Shown piece by piece: positions 59,964-64,000 of a stretch of DNA of 64,000 nt; within the stretch, counting starts at the first letter, position 1, and every line of letters starts with the position of its first letter. Where the stretch lies: the NCBI GenBank assembly GCA_977020255.1, contig CDROCS010001101.1, forward strand, positions 372,001-436,000, written 5' to 3'. The DNA is from Obrimoposthia wandeli. Lineage: Eukaryota. The notes below the pieces were generated by a model. That model was given only the letters and a program-made list of their open reading frames with translations, did no database searches and was not told the origin of the DNA. A program made the translations under genes and the position numbers.

Positions 59964-60923
59964 TTAATGGAATGGGAAGAAGTAGTTCATCCACGATGCC
60001 ATACGTAACAAGACTTTACGCATAATAGCCACATGTTCAAAATGCGTAGAGTAAATAGCCGTTTGGCCATATGCACCACCCATCATCACATCGCTGTATT
60101 GTGCAAAACGCGGATCATCAATTTCAAATAATACCGGAATACGGCCCGGAAAACGTGCCGTTTGCACAGAGATTAACGTGCCAGATGCTTGGATCTGACC
60201 TTCAGGAATAGCCGGAATAGCACCAACAACCTTCGCGTTAAATACTTTACCTGGTAGGCCATCAAAGATCACTTCTGCTTTCGAGCCTTTTTCAAGACGT
60301 AGCATACTGTTTTGACGATACCAACCAACAAGCATTTTATCACCTTTATGCTTGAACACCATTACAGGGCGTAAAGGCAGGCTCACTGCGCGCATACCTG
60401 GACGTAATGCTTGTTGCACCACATAACCATCGGTAGGTGCACGAACAATCGTACTATCAAGATCAAATAACGCCAACTCACGCTTAGCCGTTAAGTCATC
60501 AACTTGTCCACGCGTAAGGTCTACATCACGTTGTTTACCAATACCTTTACGGTACAACTCTGTAGCACGTTTAAAATCTGACGTCGCCACAACAAGGTTA
60601 GCTTCAATTGAATCAAGTTTGTCTTGGAATGGTTTTGGATCAAGTTTGAAAAGCACATCACCTTTCATTAATAATTGATTCGGTTCAACCGGCACTTCAA
60701 TAACATTACCACTAACCGCTGGTACAATTGGTGTTGTTACATAGTATTCACGACTAATTTCTGAAAACGGATGATTGTAGTTCATGGTAAATACCAGACC
60801 ACCAATCAAGATAATGCCACCAAGTACAGCCGTTGGTACACTCCATTTATTCAGTGGGATCTTAAATATTTTAAAGATAGCGATACAAAAAGCGGTATAC
60901 GTTAATATGAGTAATAAATCCAT
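59964..60923 (-). CDS. HlyD/MFP family protein (YiaV/YibH-like)
   Basis: MDLLLILTYTA..IAIFKIFKIPLNKWSVPTAVLGG, VRAPTDG, C-terminal LLRMASWMNY. Confidence 0.88.
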   Translation of the reverse strand: MDLLLILTYTAFCIAIFKIFKIPLNKWSVPTAVLGGIILIGGLVFTMNYNHPFSEISREYYVTTPIVPAVSGNVIEVPVEPNQLLMKGDVLFKLDPKPFQDKLDSIEANLVVATSDFKRATELYRKGIGKQRDVDLTRGQVDDLTAKRELALFDLDSTIVRAPTDGYVVQQALRPGMRAVSLPLRPVMVFKHKGDKMLVGWYRQNSMLRLEKGSKAEVIFDGLPGKVFNAKVVGAIPAIPEGQIQASGTLISVQTARFPGRIPVLFEIDDPRFAQYSDVMMGGAYGQTAIYSTHFEHVAIMRKVLLRMASWMNYFFPFH

Positions 60924-61249
60924 TATTCACTCCCTCCTTCTAACGTATTAAGACGTTGTTTTACTTCAATTAGTTCTAATTCTAGCTTTTCGATATGCTC
61001 TTTACTTGAATGACCATCAGAGAATCCCCAACCGCGGTCAGTGCGGTATAGCGTTGCCCAAATCCATAGGAAAGGCCAGAGTACATGCAAGGTGAATAGA
61101 CTTACCCAGCCTGCAACATGAATTGCATCTTGATGAGGATGATTTCGGTGAACAGCGATTTCATAAGGGATATCATGGATGACAATGACACCGTAAAAAA
61201 GCACAATAGCAACAAACACCAGTATAACCAGTGCAACGTATTCCAACAT
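60923..61249 (-). CDS. DUF3302 (YiaW/YibI-like) membrane protein
   Basis: ATG 61249 after AGGAG; HDIPYEIA..RNHPHQDAIHVAGWVSLFTLHVLWPFLWIWA. Confidence 0.9.
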   Translation of the reverse strand: MLEYVALVILVFVAIVLFYGVIVIHDIPYEIAVHRNHPHQDAIHVAGWVSLFTLHVLWPFLWIWATLYRTDRGWGFSDGHSSKEHIEKLELELIEVKQRLNTLEGGSE

Positions 61250-61438
61250 AATTAACTCCTTTAATCGCTTAGAAACGTTCTTACTTCTTGTAAGAAGTGA
61301 TAAGCCTACCATTAAACCTGTCATTAAAGATAATAAAAACAATAATATAATTAACGCTACAAGCTTAAATAATAGACGATTTCAAACAATAATAAGGAAA
61401 TTAACCGTTACAAACATCACAGGTTTGGTCAATGGATG

Positions 61439-62494
61439 TTAGCCATTCATACGTTGCACAATTCGTTTTATAAAATCCTTCAGTTTAGGTTTCTTATCTG
61501 CTGAAAAACTAATTGGTCGACATGCCGTGACAGCAGCTAAACCGATGCGCGCAGTATAAACACCAGCGCCAACACCTTGGCTCAAACGTGCACCAGTGAT
61601 ACCTGCTAAGCTAGTGGTACCAAATTCTTGTAGCATTTCATCAAGGGCAAGTTCACTCACACCTATTAATGCTAAATAACGCATAACGCTTTTCAATAAC
61701 TTATAACGGTTCGCCAACGAAGGACGCATACCGTATACCTGCCCGACTTCGTCAATCATTTTCATACTACGCCACAAAGCTAACAGCATATCCACGGCTG
61801 CCCACGGACTCGCAGCAACAACAACACCCGTTTGCACGCTGTATTTTGATACTCGGCGTAAAGCTTCTTTATCTAGCGGTGCTAAAAACACATTCTCAAG
61901 ATGCGCCATGGCTTCTTTATCACTGCTGTAGTCCGGCATCGTTTTAATGCTTTTAGCCAACAAAGGTGCCTGTGGTTTTCCTTGATAAAACTGTGATAAC
62001 TTGGCGATTAAAGCCTTAGCTTGACCTACATCATTCGTCGTTTTAAGTTGCTCCGCTTTATCTTGAATACCCGCTAACGCCGCCATGTTTTCTTTATCAG
62101 CGATAAAGCTAAATACACTGCGTAATGCCAACATAGCAACAATAATAACCAAGCCAGCAAAGCCTGCTGCCGCGAGCCAATGAAACGCTAATACACTTTG
62201 AAAAATGCTGTAAATTTGCCATAGCGACATCACGCCAAAAATACTCGCGACACCAATCGCAAAGGATTTAAGACCTTTAATCGGTAGTGCTTCAAGTGTC
62301 AGTCCACGGTAGCTGTCATCAACGGTATCTTCTGCGGTAATAGATGCAGGTACTTGGCTCAAATCATTATCAAGATCGGGCATAAATATTTTCGCTTCGC
62401 GGCTCACAGTGGCAACACCATCATCGGCTTGCATATCGATGGTTTTACCTTGGCTACGTGTCGCGTTATCTACTGTCTGTTTGTTCATAGGCAT
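61439..62494 (-). CDS. ycjF: YcjF family membrane protein
   Basis: VVVAASPWAAVDM, YGMRPS, RLSQGVGAG..TARIG..A..ACRP. Confidence 0.88.
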   Translation of the reverse strand: MPMNKQTVDNATRSQGKTIDMQADDGVATVSREAKIFMPDLDNDLSQVPASITAEDTVDDSYRGLTLEALPIKGLKSFAIGVASIFGVMSLWQIYSIFQSVLAFHWLAAAGFAGLVIIVAMLALRSVFSFIADKENMAALAGIQDKAEQLKTTNDVGQAKALIAKLSQFYQGKPQAPLLAKSIKTMPDYSSDKEAMAHLENVFLAPLDKEALRRVSKYSVQTGVVVAASPWAAVDMLLALWRSMKMIDEVGQVYGMRPSLANRYKLLKSVMRYLALIGVSELALDEMLQEFGTTSLAGITGARLSQGVGAGVYTARIGLAAVTACRPISFSADKKPKLKDFIKRIVQRMNG

Positions 62495-63942
62495 TTGTCC
62501 CCTACTAATTCATTTAAAATACTATCAATACGAATGTGTGGTAATACATCTTGGTTACTAAACGACAATCCTTGTGGCGGATTTAACAAGGGTATTTGCC
62601 AGTCTAAAAATGGCTGCCATTGTTCGCCTTCTGGTATACGTGTGGGTATGGTTGGGTGAATATAACCAATCGGCTTGCCATTCACACCACACCCAGCAAT
62701 ACCGCGATCGCCTTGATGTTTTATCTCTTTAGAAGAGCGTACTGCTGCTGTCGCTTCACAAATGGGTTGCACGCCTTCATGCTGCGCACTTTTATAAGCT
62801 TGTTTGACAATCACGCCCAATAATTGGCGTACGGCATCATGATCTTCACTCAATACCTGATCGATCTTAGTCGCAGCAAACACAACCTTGTCAATCTTAG
62901 GTCTGAATAATTGCGAGAACCGATTTTGGCTACCATACGAAAAGCTCTCGGTAATACTGGTTAAGGCTTGGCGCATATCATCAAGATAATCAGGGCCAGC
63001 GTTTAAAGTATTTACTACATCCACCAGCACTAACTGGCGATCGATACGACTAAAGAAGTTTTTATAAAAAGGGTCTACTAACTCTTTCACATAGCCTTGA
63101 TAATTGCGCTGACAGTACTTGTAATAACTGTTTTCAGCGGCATCACTCAACGCATCGTCACTGTATTTATGACAACCAAGTAACGGCACGAAGCTTAACA
63201 GTTCGCTGTTTTCTACCGAGCCAGGCAATAAGAAACGCCCAGGTTGGATCAAGCTTAAACTACTGTGTTTATATTTACAGTCATGTAAGAACTGCACAAA
63301 CTTCGCGTTTAACGATTTCAATACGCTTTCGTCTACAACCGATAACGGATCTAACTGACTTAATTCGTCAAATAAAGGGCCCATTAGCTCACGTCGCGGT
63401 GATGCTTGATATTGTCCTTGGCACTGTTCACTCCAACGCGCAAAGCTCATCTCACGTAACGGTAAATCGAGTAACCATTCACCCGGATAATCACGGATTT
63501 CTAAAAACAAAGAAAATTGCTCTGCTTTTAACGGGTTTAAGCGTCGTCCAGCACGCGACAATCTCAATTCCAGTAAACAACCGCTACTATCTGTCGTTGA
63601 CGCGGGCCACTTTGCTTGTGCTTGCGTTAGGCTCTGGTAGTTCTTTTCATACGGGAATACCGGAATATTGGTATCTGCTAACGGGTGCATTTTCACGCCG
63701 AGCAGACGCTCACTCAATACCGGTGAAAAACCTGCCAAACTGGCTTTCTCATGGTGCATTAATTGATTAATTAAACTGGTGATAAAGGTCGATTTACCAC
63801 TTTTACTCAAGCCTGTAATACCGATACAAAAATAACGGTTCTGCAGCTTAGCAATACTCGCCAGCCCATCTTCTTTAAGGGACGTTGCTTTGCGGGATGC
63901 TTTGTTGATTAACTTGGAAAACTTTTTGTCTGAGTCTCGCAT
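62485..63942 (-). CDS. ycjX: YcjX family P-loop ATPase
   Basis: GITGLSKSGKSTFITSL, DYPGEWLLDLPL, PGRFLLPG, FAATKID, LPHIR. Confidence 0.92.
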   Translation of the reverse strand: MRDSDKKFSKLINKASRKATSLKEDGLASIAKLQNRYFCIGITGLSKSGKSTFITSLINQLMHHEKASLAGFSPVLSERLLGVKMHPLADTNIPVFPYEKNYQSLTQAQAKWPASTTDSSGCLLELRLSRAGRRLNPLKAEQFSLFLEIRDYPGEWLLDLPLREMSFARWSEQCQGQYQASPRRELMGPLFDELSQLDPLSVVDESVLKSLNAKFVQFLHDCKYKHSSLSLIQPGRFLLPGSVENSELLSFVPLLGCHKYSDDALSDAAENSYYKYCQRNYQGYVKELVDPFYKNFFSRIDRQLVLVDVVNTLNAGPDYLDDMRQALTSITESFSYGSQNRFSQLFRPKIDKVVFAATKIDQVLSEDHDAVRQLLGVIVKQAYKSAQHEGVQPICEATAAVRSSKEIKHQGDRGIAGCGVNGKPIGYIHPTIPTRIPEGEQWQPFLDWQIPLLNPPQGLSFSNQDVLPHIRIDSILNELVGDKCL

Positions 63943-64000
63943 ATACCTACTTCATATATTAAAAGGAAGGAGCAATTTATTATTACAAACAGCAGCACTT

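Noticed and set aside
1700-63770. The many ORF-track entries antisense to or nested within recognised genes (e.g. 1700-1951, 2510-2881, 7926-8462, 14727-15155, 22479-23162, 63399-63770)
   Set aside because: They are shadow frames of well-supported genes with no RBS, family motif or independent signals.
1-64000. CRISPR arrays, IS elements, prophage genes, rRNA
   Set aside because: No regularly spaced repeats, transposase/integrase motifs, phage structural genes or rRNA-like sequence were recognised by eye.

Overview
AT-rich chromosomal window from a marine gammaproteobacterium. Gene content resembles Moritella or other Vibrionales/Alteromonadales-like genomes (inference). Most of it is housekeeping and stress metabolism: ygiQ, mog, dcuC, yqhD, a beta-oxidation thiolase/multifunctional-enzyme pair, katB-ankB, radD, a vexAB-type RND pump, mobB, a DUF1302/DUF1329 pair, queE, cidA/lrgB, ribE-norM, norR...hmp, two tRNA-Val(GAC), fumC, htpX, a spondin pair, ldhA and ycjXF. 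No integrase, transposase, phage gene or CRISPR array was recognised. The most notable observations are as follows. (1) From about 51.0 to 57.4 kb there is a co-oriented run of small cassette-type genes separated by shortened, mutated attC-like sites, which looks like a fossil integron cassette array without an integrase. (2) The same region holds relics of a duplicated ldhA-5'/GNAT/methyltransferase block with reciprocal gene loss. (3) A 52-aa ORF aligns without gaps to the inhibitory helix of the mitochondrial ATPase inhibitor IF1. (4) Both tRNA-Val genes carry C at the normally invariant U33. (5) Clear regulatory motifs (NorR, sigma54, FNR, CpxR, OmpR-type) are visible, some in front of uncharacterised small proteins. 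All alignments and identity counts were done by eye and no database was searched.
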